Assembly (NCBI RefSeq): GCF_000181795.1
Contig: NW_003526943.1
Span: 9,346,849 to 9,410,848 of the forward strand
From: Trichinella spiralis
Lineage: Eukaryota
Reading direction: 5' to 3'
Length of the DNA stretch: 64,000 nucleotides
The notes beneath the pieces were generated by a model. That model worked only from the letters and a program-made list of their open reading frames with translations. It did no database searches and was not told the DNA's origin. How positions within the stretch are numbered: the stretch's first letter is position 1; every line of letters begins with the position of its first letter. Positions 51,413 through 64,000 of the stretch are shown here, in pieces. Position numbers and translations under genes: made by a program.

Positions 51413-51829
51413 TGTTGCTGTTTTCAAGTAAGCAATTTCTATAAAAAAATAACATGCTATATAATATGTACCAATGGAAAGCTTTCACGTTTCTGATACA
51501 TATATAAAGAAATAAGAAACCTGAGATAACTAGATTATAATAAGTATTTCTAATGCATAATTCAATAATTCCAAAAATAATTTATTACAAATTGCATGCA
51601 ATGACTCACTTAGAAGCATCATACTGTAATAAATGAAATTCAGGTTAGTGTTGTAAAAACTTTAAAAAACAGCGCAATTCAAAAAACAAAAATTGAAGTA
51701 AATCTAAACCAATAGTCAGTGCTCAAATTATATCAGTGAAACATCATGTAATTTGTCATTTGAAAATTTTTTTAAATGAAATATTCATAAATATAGCATG
51801 TATCGGCAATTACGGCAAACAGTAAAAGA

Positions 51830-51986
51830 TAATCAGGTACGATTGTACTAGCCGTTCGCTGGTTAGATAATCTACAATGGACTGTATGACTGGTGTCTGG
51901 CTTCGCTCCTCTCCAGTTGACGTCCTGCGGATTCTTGGGCTGTTCTTCATGATACGCACGACGGGTACTGCTACCGTTCTCAGTTT

Positions 51987-52039
<53 letters not shown>

Positions 52040-52218
52040 CCTACTCCCATTCTTCTCGTGTCAGCTGCATCCGAGTCTCTTCAACCGGGGACAGTTCCTC
52101 TTCGGTTTGCTCTGCGTCCCCGCGCTCGCTTTTTTCAGATTTCCACCTTCTCACGAAGCGCTGACGGCACACGCTGTGTAACGGGCCAGCGGATCTGCCT
52201 CCGGGTCCTCGCCAGTTC
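51830..52218. mobile_element. Retroelement debris ending in a fragment of the same Gypsy LTR family
   Basis: tgtaac-gggccagcggatctgcctccgggtcctcgccagttc at about 52177-52218 matches the LTR terminus at 18509-18563 with a deletion; GC-rich flank. Confidence 0.55.
51988..52036 (+). repeat. (CA)n microsatellite, about 24 units
   Basis: Perfect CA tract. Confidence 0.97.
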
Positions 52219-52219
52219 A

Positions 52220-52345
52220 ATTTGTGGTGAAGTTTATACTTTTTCATGATCAGCATTCCCGAAAATAATTTTTATTATTATTCTATATTTTATTGTACCA
52301 AAGTGACGTATATCAAATGCGATAGCAATAGTCGGAAAAAACAAT
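52220..52345 (-). repeat. Terminus of the foldback/Mutator-like repeat
   Basis: Reverse complement of about 400-532; overlaps the sequence at 1879-1980. Confidence 0.8.
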
Positions 52346-52425
52346 CAAAAATAAGAAAATAGCGANNNNNNNNNNTGCTCCCGTCGAGCATTTCTAAGCT
52401 GGAAATTGGCACTGAGTGAAAAAGT

Positions 52426-55400
52426 GTGTTGGTTTCGGCTGCGGGACGATTTTGGAAAAAAATGCTCGTGTTTAGAAAGGATGTAGTATTCAGCATCGAA
52501 CGTGAGCGAAATTTTTGGGATTCATTTTTCATTACCCACCTGTCTAGCGAGGACTACCGCATAGCACATACGTGTGCAACGTTTTTCCTGAAACCATATC
52601 TAAATGAGAGAGGCTTGGAATTTTTGGAATTAGCTCGATTGAGACTGTTACCACCAACCAATTATGTGGAGTTGCAGAATACTGACTGTTCAGAAATTTG
52701 TTCTGTAATTCTTCCTAAGCAGACATTGTCGCACTCGTCGTCGACTCAACGTGCGCGACAATTTTTTCTTTTAACGTTGAACACTGCACTTCGTCGCAGC
52801 AGTCGTCAGTTGCAGCTTCAAGTTATAGAAAGTAATGCTATTGAATTGGCCAATATTATAAGGGAAAATGATCCAGAAATTGGAATAATTGCATTTGACA
52901 TTTTTTGTCGTTACGAGGCGTACATAAGCATACTGACAAAGCGACAAAAAACAAAACTGGTATTTGAATATTTGAAAAGCAATGTAAAAATTTCAAGGTA
53001 AGTGAATTATATTAACCGATAGAGTGAAATTATTTTAAAAAGTATAATTTAATTCGACACGATTGACAAATGGTTTCAGTTTTAAGCCTTACTCATATTT
53101 TGCAAAAAAATTCAGTTAATCATGAATTTGTGTAAAATTATTTTTATGAATTAATTATACGTTTTTACAGCGTAACTTTTATGATTAATTTTTAAAGCTT
53201 TTTCTGAAATAAGTATGAAAGGTTTGGATGCTTTGCGCGAGGTAAAATTTAACACAGTAAGATGATGATTTTCAAGTACAATTAATAGAGCCTGAGTAAA
53301 GGTTAAATTTTATTTTATCACTTGTTATTCGTTGTTTTATTTTCAAATTATTTTATAGTTGAAAATTTAATTGTGTTTTTTATCTTAGTTCTTGGTTTCG
53401 TCATACTGTAAAGGATGCTTTGGCAAAATATTTTCAACATAGCGAATTGATTATTAAGTTAAATTTTGCTGATTTTTGCATAAGCCAGATTTTTCCTGGT
53501 GCATGTTTTCAACGAACAATTACTGCACTGAAAATTTTGATCATGCTTCTTCAGCTCGATTCGAATATACTGTGTGAATGGGATTCGCGTATTAGTAAAG
53601 GTGATACAAAAATGAGTAGCCGCTTGTACATGATCCAGAATATTTGTTTACATTATTACAATACTGTTGAACAAGATTGCCAGATTGTTTTGGATAAAAT
53701 TTTTTCAATCTCTAACAACTATTTGAAATCGGTTGGAAAGAGTTTGCATGATATTTTTTCAAATCCCGGCAGTTACGATTGCAATTATGCACTAACCGAT
53801 TTGTCTTTTACGACGAGCATTCAATGTCAGCTGCAGCTACTTAAATATTTTCCCGACAAAACAGTTACAATGTCGACTTTAGAATATTTGGATGAGATGC
53901 TTTCGCAAGCTTTGGAACATCAAACTATACCGCCATGGTCACTGATTGGTCCGATATTTATGAGCGAGTGTTGCAGCGCGGATCTTATAAATTTGTCTGT
54001 CGGTTTTAGTAAACAGTTGTTGCATAAATTATTGGAATTTTTGAAATTGCACCTCAACTATGTGAAAAATCAAAAATTCAGCTTCTGTCCGCCGTTGTTT
54101 GTCGATCTCGACTCGTTTGAAATGGTCAATTCGACCAGAACGCCGATGGCGTCGTTCAAAATTTGCTTGTTGAATTTGTTGCATGGGTGCAATTTGCTCA
54201 GAAAATTGTGCACTGCCGGCGAATATCAGGACGTTGAACAAGCAGTGCTATTTTTGGTCGACCTGCTGATGTCGGTATCGTCGTGCGTATTGTTGGACAA
54301 ATGCAGCACCTGCTTGCGCAATGTATTGCGAGATCAGACCACTTGGATCATTTCCGATTTGTACGAAAAAGCGATATATTTCAGTTTGAATTGTTTCGAC
54401 AGCGATTCAATGATCGAAATCCGATACAGACGTTTGCCGATAATTGTGAAAGTGTTCTCATCGTTCGAATGTTTGTCAATCAATATGGATTTGGAAAATC
54501 GCATCATCCGATTGTGCACATCTTCACCGCTGGCTGCTGTACGGTCGCTTTTGGCGTTGACGTCGAATTTAAACAATTTTCTGTGTAGTACAAAAAATTT
54601 GAAAATTTTCTTCGAAATGTTTATTATTCAAAATTTTTCCTCTTCACAATGGTTGTTACGTCAGGCATCGGCGAAGCTTGCGATGCGACTGATAAAACAA
54701 GTGTTCATATGCAACGCCGACAGTTTTATTCCATTGGGCCAGATGCCTTTTTCTCACTTTATGGTGAAAATATTTTATGCAAATTTGGCATATTGAAAAA
54801 TAGTTCAATTGATTGATTGATTAATTGAAATTTTCAGACACGATTCAATGAAATGTGGATCATTTGTTTGAACGCACTGGAAATGATCGCCGTGCAAGAA
54901 TATTCATTCCTTTCCGCCTATCCAGTGTTATTGGTATTGCAGCATTTGTCGTTCGATTTTCCTGGTTTCATCAAGAACAAGCTGTCGTTTCCATTGAAGC
55001 GACTCTGCCAGCATATGCTTCAGTTGACGTTCACTTGTCCCAGCATGATGGTGCGCCGTATGGCGGCCGGTATTGTGGTGAAATTGCTCACCAAAGAGAC
55101 GGCCGCTTCGTTGAAAATATCTCTACAAAGCCTGGTGCGGCAGACCAAGTGGACGAACAACAATCGAGACGGCATGAACCATGTGTTGGGATTGATCGAC
55201 GAAAAGTTTTCTTTCCCTTCATCTACTGGTGATGATCTGTATCCAGTGGAGCGGACGAAGAGACTCCGCTGGAATCGAATGACCACCAGTGACCGGTGCG
55301 TCACATTGTCCCAGTGGATCAATCGGCCGTGGACAATACCGAACGATTTGTCCATGTTCGTATCGTTGTTGAAGAAAAACTGTCTGGGCCGTTATGGCAG

Positions 55401-56226
55401 TTCGGCCAGGGCGTTGGCTTTGGTACTCTTGTCGGATGTCTACGTCTCATGGAAAGAGCCAATAGAGGGACTGGACGACACGGTCTGGTACAACTGTTTG
55501 ATTGGATTGGCTTATCGAAAGGGTGACGTCAGCGGGCGCCTTGCCGCATCCACCAGCTTGGTTCGTTGCGGTGAACTGATGGTCGAGAAGTTGGATATGG
55601 TGAAACGAAGTCACCTGCTGCTGACAATGTTGCGCCTTTTCGAAGACGAATCGACCGAAGTGCGCAGTTGCATGGTGCAAGTGTTGGACATTTTCGACCA
55701 TCTGAAGGGCGGTAACAAAATTGGCAAAGAGCCGGCGACCATATTTGCCGACTACATTGTCAAGTGGCATTTCAACGAAGTTCTACTGTACGAATTGGTC
55801 GACTTGTTGTTCACTTTTCCCAATGGGATGGTGGAAACCGGCGACAGCAACATCATACGACAGCAAAACAGCGACACATACCGTGAACGGTATATGGTAT
55901 TGTGCCAGTATTATCGGATGTTGGACTTGTTGTGCGAAACTGATTTGGCACGGGTGAGGGATGCGATTTGTCGTAAAATTGACAAAAATTGGAGAGATGC
56001 GGCCATCTGTTTGCAGTGCACTTTCACCGACTGGGTGGTCAGCTATGAGCACACTGCCGAGCCTGTATCGGAACGATTTTTCCTCATGTTGGCCAGATTC
56101 AGCTTCTGTGTGCTGCTTATCACTCGATGCAACTACAACCACTGCTTTACAAACTTTCTCAACTTTGTCAAAGTGCCTATATCCGAAGTTTCGACCAACT
56201 GGTTGTTCAACGTGCCATATTTTTGA
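52426..56226 (+). CDS. THADA: THADA-like protein, second copy (5' end lost in gap)
   Basis: Same exon structure; roughly a dozen amino-acid differences from copy 1. Confidence 0.8.
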
Positions 56227-58219
56227 TTCCATCATTACAATTACTGCATTTGTCTGTTGCAGTTATTACATCATACACAACATATATATATGTGTGTGTG
56301 TGTGTTTAATTTTATTTATTTGTTTGTTTGTTTGTTTATTCATTCATTTGTTTATTTTGCTAGTTGAATTATGCTCATGAAGTTCAAGTTATTGTGAACT
56401 TCAATATAGTAATTGTAATTTGTTTTCATATATATTTTTTATTTTTGAATAAGTATTGGCTAATATTTTGACGTAAAGTGATGACGACAATGTTGAGAAA
56501 AAACATTTTTTTGTTATTCAACATTGAAGATATGAATGTTTAAAAAGTTAATTAATCCATCAAAAAATACTATGCTAAATTAAAGAGAAAAAAAATAATT
56601 TGAATAAGATCAATTTAATCAATCGCTTGAAAAATGTAATTTTTTTCATAATTAAACTGCAATTGTCCGCTTGTTATTGCTTATTATGAATAACAACAAT
56701 TGTCAAAATTTGCTCATCTGTTGTATGACAATTTATTGAATCATTACCTAATTATGAAATTTGAAATTAAAAGTTTCGTAAAAAGTAATTTTTCACTTGA
56801 AAAACTTATCCTTTATTTATTCTAGTGAAATAACATAAACATGTTTTTGTCTATCTTTAAGCCGGTGAATGAAAAGTCTATTGATTAGTTAGTTTTATGA
56901 ATAATGAGATGAAACTGTAAACCTAATAAGTTAAACATTTTTTAATTAAAAAGCAACATCAAAATCAATATAAATACCTGACATTTATCATTATCATTAT
57001 TATTATGCATATATACAGTTATACATTTGTGCATATACAACTTTAAAAATTCATGCGTTTCTTTGCGATAACTTGTTCTTACTATTGGAGCTTTATCAAT
57101 AAATTGCCAACAACTTATAAACGTATATATATAATTACTATCAAACGAAACTTAACTTACTACAATCTATCCAATACAGATTAGCCATGGGAGATTTTAT
57201 AAAATCTACTTGCTTTGTAATTAGCTTATTTAAACAACAATGTATTGAATGTAACTAAAAAACACTGCCATTTTAAATAAATAAATAAATAAAACAACAA
57301 CTATTTATTTTAATGTAAAATTTAAACTTATTGTCAATTAAATCTTACAGTAAAACAAATATTATTAATGCAAAAACCTTAAAATAAGTGAATGGAGTTT
57401 TTTTTCAAGAATCATTTCATCAGTCATTTTAATTTGCTATCTTTTTTTTCTGACGACTTCATATTATTGTTAAATATAAAAAAAGGTTGTCTGCAAATAT
57501 AAGGATCAAATACGAGTAATGAGCAATTGAAACTTAACTGCTTCTGCTAAATATTCGATCTGTTTACCGGTTACATTACAGAGTGACAGAAAATTGAAAT
57601 ACACGCAACGAATCAGACTTAAGAAAAGGACAAGAAGCTGCTGCTATTATTTAAAAAGAAAAACTAACAGCCTCAGCTTTCACACACTTCGATTCACTTC
57701 TGCTTATCAACTATAGCAACGCCGTTAAAGAGGCTCCGCAAGATAATTCTTTTTCATTTCATCCATCACATACGTATACATATATATATATATGTATACA
57801 TGCGCGTGTGTGTGCGTGTATTCCTTGACCCTACAGGTCAGGTGTAAAATCAATCAATATTATGGAATAAGAAGGATCTTCTTAATTTCATTTCAACTTA
57901 TTGTCGATCTATACAAGCGCAAAATTAATTACTTTCACCACTATTTCAATGATCTTCAAAGTGAGAATTCTATTCAGCCGTATAAATTGGTTTCATTTCC
58001 ACTTTCCATATTCGCTGCCGTCGTCAACGTAACTTGGAAATAAATGGAAATCAGCATATTAACATATCTGCGTTCCATTTTGAAGCTGAGGCTTTGGTAA
58101 ATTTTGTTGCAGATGATGTTGCCATTTTTGATTTGATTTCTTTTGCGTATTATCGCTTGAGAAAACAACTAGTGCAACGGTTTTTGAAAAAAAAGAAAGC
58201 ATGTGAATAATTTTTACTG

Positions 58220-58478
58220 ATGGACGACATAAGCATGATAGGCTCTTGGAATGTTTCATCGTTGAGAATTAAAATTCTGCTAAACTCTGACAAATTGAAG
58301 TATTCAAACGAAGCTACGGTAAGCTGGATATTATTGACTTTGGGTTTGGTGAATTTTTTTTTGCAATTTTTCCCTCTTTATTGGCAATTTTATTAAGCAA
58401 AAAACTTTCGCTGTACCAATCCAATGAATATGTTCGGGTTTGTTATTTTTTGCATACACCGATTTACAATTATCGGCG
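58220..58478 (+). CDS. 5' part of the second 7TM receptor copy, cut by a gap
   Basis: Matches 26988-27240; homopolymer indels near the contig end. Confidence 0.65.
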
Positions 58479-59443
58479 NNNNNNNNNNNNNNNNNNNNNN
58501 NNNNNNNNNNNNNNNNNNNNNNNNNNNNNNNNNNNNNNNNNNNNNNNNNNNNNNNNNNNNNNNNNNNNNNNNNNNNNNNNNNNNNNNNNNNNNNNNNNNN
58601 NNNNNNNNNNNNNNNNNNNNNNNNNNNNNNNNNNNNNNNNNNNNNNNNNNNNNNNNNNNNNNNNNNNNNNNNNNNNNNNNNNNNNNNNNNNNNNNNNNNN
58701 NNNNNNNNNNNNNNNNNNNNNNNNNNNNNNNNNNNNNNNNNNNNNNNNNNNNNNNNNNNNNNNNNNNNNNNNNNNNNNNNNNNNNNNNNNNNNNNNNNNN
58801 NNNNNNNNNNNNNNNNNNNNNNNNNNNNNNNNNNNNNNNNNNNNNNNNNNNNNNNNNNNNNNNNNNNNNNNNNNNNNNNNNNNNNNNNNNNNNNNNNNNN
58901 NNNNNNNNNNNNNNNNNNNNNNNNNNNNNNNNNNNNNNNNNNNNNNNNNNNNNNNNNNNNNNNNNNNNNNNNNNNNNNNNNNNNNNNNNNNNNNNNNNNN
59001 NNNNNNNNNNNNNNNNNNNNNNNNNNNNNNNNNNNNNNNNNNNNNNNNNNNNNNNNNNNNNNNNNNNNNNNNNNNNNNNNNNNNNNNNNNNNNNNNNNNN
59101 NNNNNNNNNNNNNNNNNNNNNNNNNNNNNNNNNNNNNNNNNNNNNNNNNNNNNNNNNNNNNNNNNNNNNNNNNNNNNNNNNNNNNNNNNNNNNNNNNNNN
59201 NNNNNNNNNNNNNNNNNNNNNNNNNNNNNNNNNNNNNNNNNNNNNNNNNNNNNNNNNNNNNNNNNNNNNNNNNNNNNNNNNNNNNNNNNNNNNNNNNNNN
59301 NNNNNNNNNNNNNNNNNNNNNNNNNNNNNNNNNNNNNNNNNNNNNNNNNNNNNNNNNNNNNNNNNNNNNNNNNNNNNNNNNNNNNNNNNNNNNNNNNNNN
59401 NNNNNNNNNNNNNNNNNNNNNNNNNNNNNNNNNNNNNNNNNNN
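58479..59443. other. Assembly gap
   Basis: Run of N. Confidence 1.
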
Positions 59444-59789
59444 AGAGAGATATTGTATTAAGTGGTATTGACCACGTGGGAGTGGGTGTGTGCTGCGTCT
59501 GGAAGAGTGAAACTCATTGACATCCTAGTCTTCGACGGTTGGACAAATTGATATACTAAAGTGGAGAACTATTGTATGTTTTAAGAGTGCGGTGGAGGCA
59601 ATCGTCAGCGCGCATAGTGAATTGACCATTATACAATCTTAACAATATCAGCTGTATCCTGCAGCCACTAATTCATAGAAACTTGAATCGAAATTGAAAT
59701 CCCGGCGAATCAGCCACGAGGTCAAAATTAGACACACGGGTTAAGCGTACAACATTTGATACCTACTGGGCATAGAGAATGATGGCAGA

Positions 59790-62009
59790 CCCTCGCGAGG
59801 ATGCAGGGCGTGGAACCGATCGATCAGAAGCCCAGTAGATTCATACGGGCCATACGTGCCCACCAATCGCTTCTTGAACTCCTCGAAGGAGATCTCCTTT
59901 GATTGTCCCGCCGGGTAGAGCTCGCGGCGGAACTGAGTCGCTCAGCAGGTAGCGAGCGACCCACGCCGTGGTCAGAGGGCGGAACCAAGCTGACGCAGAA
60001 AAAGTCTTCCAGCCTCTCCAACCACTCAACAGAGTCCATATCCGGACTAAAAGCCGAGGGAGGACAATAGTAAGCACCCTGGTACACCGATGGCGTTATT
60101 TACAGGACAGGCACCCATTGTAACGACCCGCCGGGTGGGGCCAGAGGATCTGCGTCCGGGTCCGCGCCAGTTCGTCCGCCGTCGCTGTGTGCTTGTTCAT
60201 TCTCGCTCGCTCGGTCTCGTCTCCTTGTCGACATCCTCGGAGCACGCTTCTACTCGTACAACTTGTCCACACGTCGGTCAGCGCTCTCGCTCTGGAAAGA
60301 TATTTCTCGCTCTTTGCCACTCCAATATATAGAAGGCTTTCGCCGCAGGGGGCACCGTAATGAGTAAACTGAAATTTGATCCTCTATTGCCTTGCTGACA
60401 GTCCCTTGGCTTGCGGCCCTTCTATAAATCAGCGGCTTGTTACGCGGGGTCTTTGATCCGCTGCCCCACCGGATCATCAGCGACCGGCATGCCCTCGGAT
60501 CAATGACCAAACGCATGTTAAACAATGGCCGAACAATGGCTAATTAGGTACCGACGTGTAGGGTCACGAGGGTCTGTCGCCAAAAGCCACCCGCGGTCCT
60601 CGCCGGCGGCGTCTTTGAACTGGGCGGGGTGGGAGGTTTTATTGCCGCGGCTCCGCGTCTACCTCAGCCGGACCTGCAATGAGCAACGCCGCCGTATAGC
60701 AAGGGTTGTTACACATATATGGTGCATAAAGGAAAAAAATGCGTGCTTAAGATCGTTGGTTTTGACATAAAGTGATAAGTAAATTGAGAAATGCAAATCA
60801 CTAAATCTCTGCGACTATCTTCATCTGCACGCTGCTTGATATTCTTATTTGACTCACCCCAACTCAATCAAACGCATAAACCAATTTTGAGAATTTAAAT
60901 ACTCGAATACTCAAATACTAGCTGAAGCCCAGCAATTATCAGTGAAGCGGATTTTATGCACATAAACAGTTCTGAAGATGATTTGATGTTTGTATTCTAG
61001 TTTGCAGTGATTGCCTTCATTTTACAGACAGTGATAAAATGCGGTAATTTTTGACTGTTTTCAATTTAATTCTGATTTTTGAAGTGTTTTTGTTGGTAAT
61101 ACCTGTGCATTCAGGCTAGTGCTGAAAGCGTGGTGGCGTCAATGGGCGTCTGTTCGATTGCAAGACCGCGGACTCCCCGGGAACAGCAGAAAGAGCCACG
61201 CAGCCTCGTACGAAACTCGGCAACAGCTATGCTGACACCGTGCAAATGAGGCGGAGGTTACAAAGCAGCCGGTCAAGATGGCGCAGTTGAACTGCAGACC
61301 AAGGCAGTGCCCGGCTCTTGAATTATAAACGAGCTAACGGATGAAGAAGCTGAGGAAAGAGAATTGGCTGGTGGAATGATCGCCTGATTATCGGTGTGCA
61401 CGAGTTGACTGCGCTCATGGACCGACACTTCGTGTAATGAAGCGCCGAGTTTAGCTACAGTCTAAGAAACTTGAAAATTAAATTTATTTTCTGTAGTTTT
61501 TCAAAATTTGCAATAATAAATAGTCAAATCAGTTATTGCTTAACATTTTCCACTTTAAAAATTGACAAATGAAAATTAATTATTATTTTTTATCCAAGAG
61601 TTATTAGCATGAAATTCATATTATTAATTTTTTATTGTTATTAAATTTTATCTGCATTTTATGAAATATAAACAATAAAAACCATATATTTACGGTAGGA
61701 TTCAATCCTACATTACTTTATTGTAGCTCTAAATATTGTAGTTGGTTGCTCATCGTCAAACTTTACTAGTTCACAGATTTAAAACGTTTACAGTTGCCTT
61801 ATAATACCGGAGTATATATATACAATCCGTTGATAAATTATCTGCTTTGAATATTTACAAGGATGAAGTTTAAATTTGACTTTAAAGTGTTTTATAAAAT
61901 TTTCTTCAATTTTCGAGGGTTAAAAATTCACAATAGTCTTAATCTTACATTGGTATTCTAATGACTAAATAAATAAGAGCATATATTTTTAGAATCTCAA
62001 GTATAACAA
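59790..62009 (+). repeat. Duplicate of about 18182-20416 (gag 5' part, LTR 60119-60713, THADA upstream region)
   Basis: Near-identical sequence that degrades toward the gap-proximal left end and stops at the THADA start codon. Confidence 0.93.
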
Positions 62010-62664
62010 NNNNNNNNNNAAAAAATTAAATAAAAAATATTGTTGTATGCTTGAAATAGCACACATTACATCAAAAGCAATTTGCAAAAAAATACTTTTG
62101 ATTTAAAGCCTTATGTGTTATGCTTTTAATTTTACAAAAAAATCAGCGTTAAAACAGCCGCTCACAGATAAATAATATGTAGCTGCTGTTTGCTGAAAAA
62201 ATATAATAATGAATTTTCTCATAAATTTAACAAAGATTTTATCTTCTTAACTATGTATAATGGTTGCTACTACGATCCGTTGTTTGTGATTGCTAGAAAA
62301 ATTGAAAGCAGGAAGAGTATTTTGAAATTTACAGACTGAAGCTGTATAATAAATAAATTTATCCAAAAATTAAATTTGAAGAAGCATCACGTTCAACTGC
62401 AAACAACGATAAGTTTTTCTTACTTAACAAATGCTGATTTTGAACGATGAATAATATCATTAGAATATTTTATTTTTCAATTATCACGAATTCCCCTAAG
62501 GATATCAGTGGTAAATGAAGTAAACGAGATTTGAAGATAAATATTTTTTTGTCGTGTTGTCAAGAATATGGACGTTAGTAGTGAAAAAAATGTTTTATAG
62601 AAGAACAGTAATAAACTCTTATTTAGGTGTATGTATGTTTTAATAATTTGAAATAGATGCTTAC

Positions 62665-62903
62665 CCAACAGAATGAGTTGCTTCTTCAAAGCGAGCTCGA
62701 GCAACTTCATTTGAAAGAACCGTCTCAGGACATTTCGTATCAGTCAAGTAGAGATAATTCAAATCTGAACGCCAGCAAGCTCTCAATTCTTTCACCCTTT
62801 CGCAGTCCACTTTAGCATTGAGAGCTATGTGGAAAAAAATCAACACCAAGCCAACCCACGTTGCCACCATCGATGCAGATGACGAAGTGGAAGAATTTGA
62901 CAA
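62665..62903 (-). CDS. Possible exon of a secreted or membrane protein
   Basis: MVATWVGLVLIFFHIALNA hydrophobic segment, Cys-containing continuation, and a GG|GTAAGC donor at its end. Confidence 0.4.
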
Positions 62904-64000
62904 TTTTCAGCTCGCCTTTTTTAAAACCTTTCCTCCCCACCCCCTTCCTTCTCTATTCTGTGGAAATCTATTCCATTATCAACAATCTGACAAACAATCG
63001 TCGACTGATAGCAACATTTGTCCAATCGCTTAACTCGCTATCATTCCCAAACACTGCTATCATTAATAAGCAGTACTGGCAATAATATATCAACTTTTGG
63101 AAATGATAATTTTTCTTCAAAAAACAGAGATGCCATTGTTAATATTTTCCTCTAAAATCTAATATACTTTATTTTTATCAACTGCAATTATAGAATATCA
63201 TAATTGTGGAAATAATTTATCTGTTTGATGCAAAGAATTTTTATCATCACAGTGTTTTATTTATTATCTGCATTATTATTATCAGCAGTTGTCATGTATG
63301 TAACTTTAGTAAAATTGAACTAATGTCAATTGCAATGGCTAACCTGCAAAAAGCAGGCTGTTTGTTTGAACAAGATTTGCAGCATGTATAAAAATAGTCA
63401 TGATGTAGCAGATTTAAAAGTAATTTCATTTTCCTGTATGTCTGGTGCTTGTTCGACGGCAGATTGCAGCCATTCTCCATGTATACGCATTTCGCTGCAG
63501 TTTGTTCTATTCAACTCATAAGCATCACCCGGAATGAAAGTTGACCGTTGCGTCAAGCTTCGCAATGGCTGAATTAGGTGCACAGATTTTTAGTGTGTTT
63601 GCAGAGGACTAGTGGTTATTCAATTTGTCTCAGTACTGCTGTCTTTTATTTTGGGATAAGGCTGAAACGTTATTTTGGGATATTTTTCAAAGAATATGCA
63701 GTTTTAATTGCTAGCGCAGTAAGAAGTTAGTTAATCAGTGAAATTCTTGTTTGTTGAATGCAATCAGCTTTCACTTTAGCAGAGAAATTGTTTTCTTCAG
63801 CGCGCGCTTTAGATTTCATTTTTGCCTGCTGTTGCTGTCAGTTTGGCCATCTCATTGCCTTAGATGTTCACTAATGATTTACTACTATGATGTACATGAT
63901 TTTCACATGAAATCAATATGTATTTTTTGAATTACTATAATAGAGTTAATGAAAAAGTTAATTCAAAGCACATTTACGTGATAGAACATTTAAAATATGA

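Larger units (their letters stand above)
52376..58478 (+). repeat. Near-identical duplicate of about 21087-27240
   Basis: Exons, introns and intergenic DNA all match with scattered SNPs and indels; bounded by gaps. Confidence 0.95.

Noticed and set aside
58381..59520. Three long ORFs of 343-379 aa
   Set aside because: Artefacts of translating through the N gap.
59444..59960. Frameshifts and divergence in the second gag copy
   Set aside because: Error density rises toward the gap, typical of low-quality read ends.
63290..63860. Short ORFs at the window end
   Set aside because: No supported gene model.
1..64000. CRISPR arrays, tRNA/rRNA genes, prokaryotic operons or horizontally acquired genes
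   Set aside because: None seen by eye; all recognised genes are ordinary animal families. A covariance-model scan was not possible.

Overview
AT-rich eukaryotic draft scaffold with N gaps and short GT-AG introns. Gene content (divergent DNase II, 6-Cys WAP proteins, ppm-2, unc-115) points to a clade I parasitic nematode such as Trichinella; this is an inference. Host genes: a DNase II-like gene or pseudogene, a partial Cys-rich secreted gene, a PP2C phosphatase, a decayed uridine phosphorylase with an intact antisense two-WAP gene nested in its intron, LSm6, THADA/Trm732, an intronless 7TM receptor, an ERI-1-like DEDDh exonuclease, abLIM/unc-115, a small single-TM protein, a vWA type-I membrane protein and a Tudor-less TDRD3-like gene. 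Mobile DNA: FLYWCH-MULE remnants inside a long foldback structure, a Gypsy element reduced to LTR-PBS-gag with a 4-bp TSD and an open gag, a decayed Gypsy pol, and a deleted Tigger/pogo element in an unc-115 intron. About 8 kb (gag/LTR-THADA-GPCR) occurs twice, as a haplotype or a recent duplication. I found no clear new multi-gene system. The best leads are the nested WAP gene, the open gag, the D-to-H ERI-1 variant and the truncated TDRD3. All exon coordinates were read by eye and are approximate.
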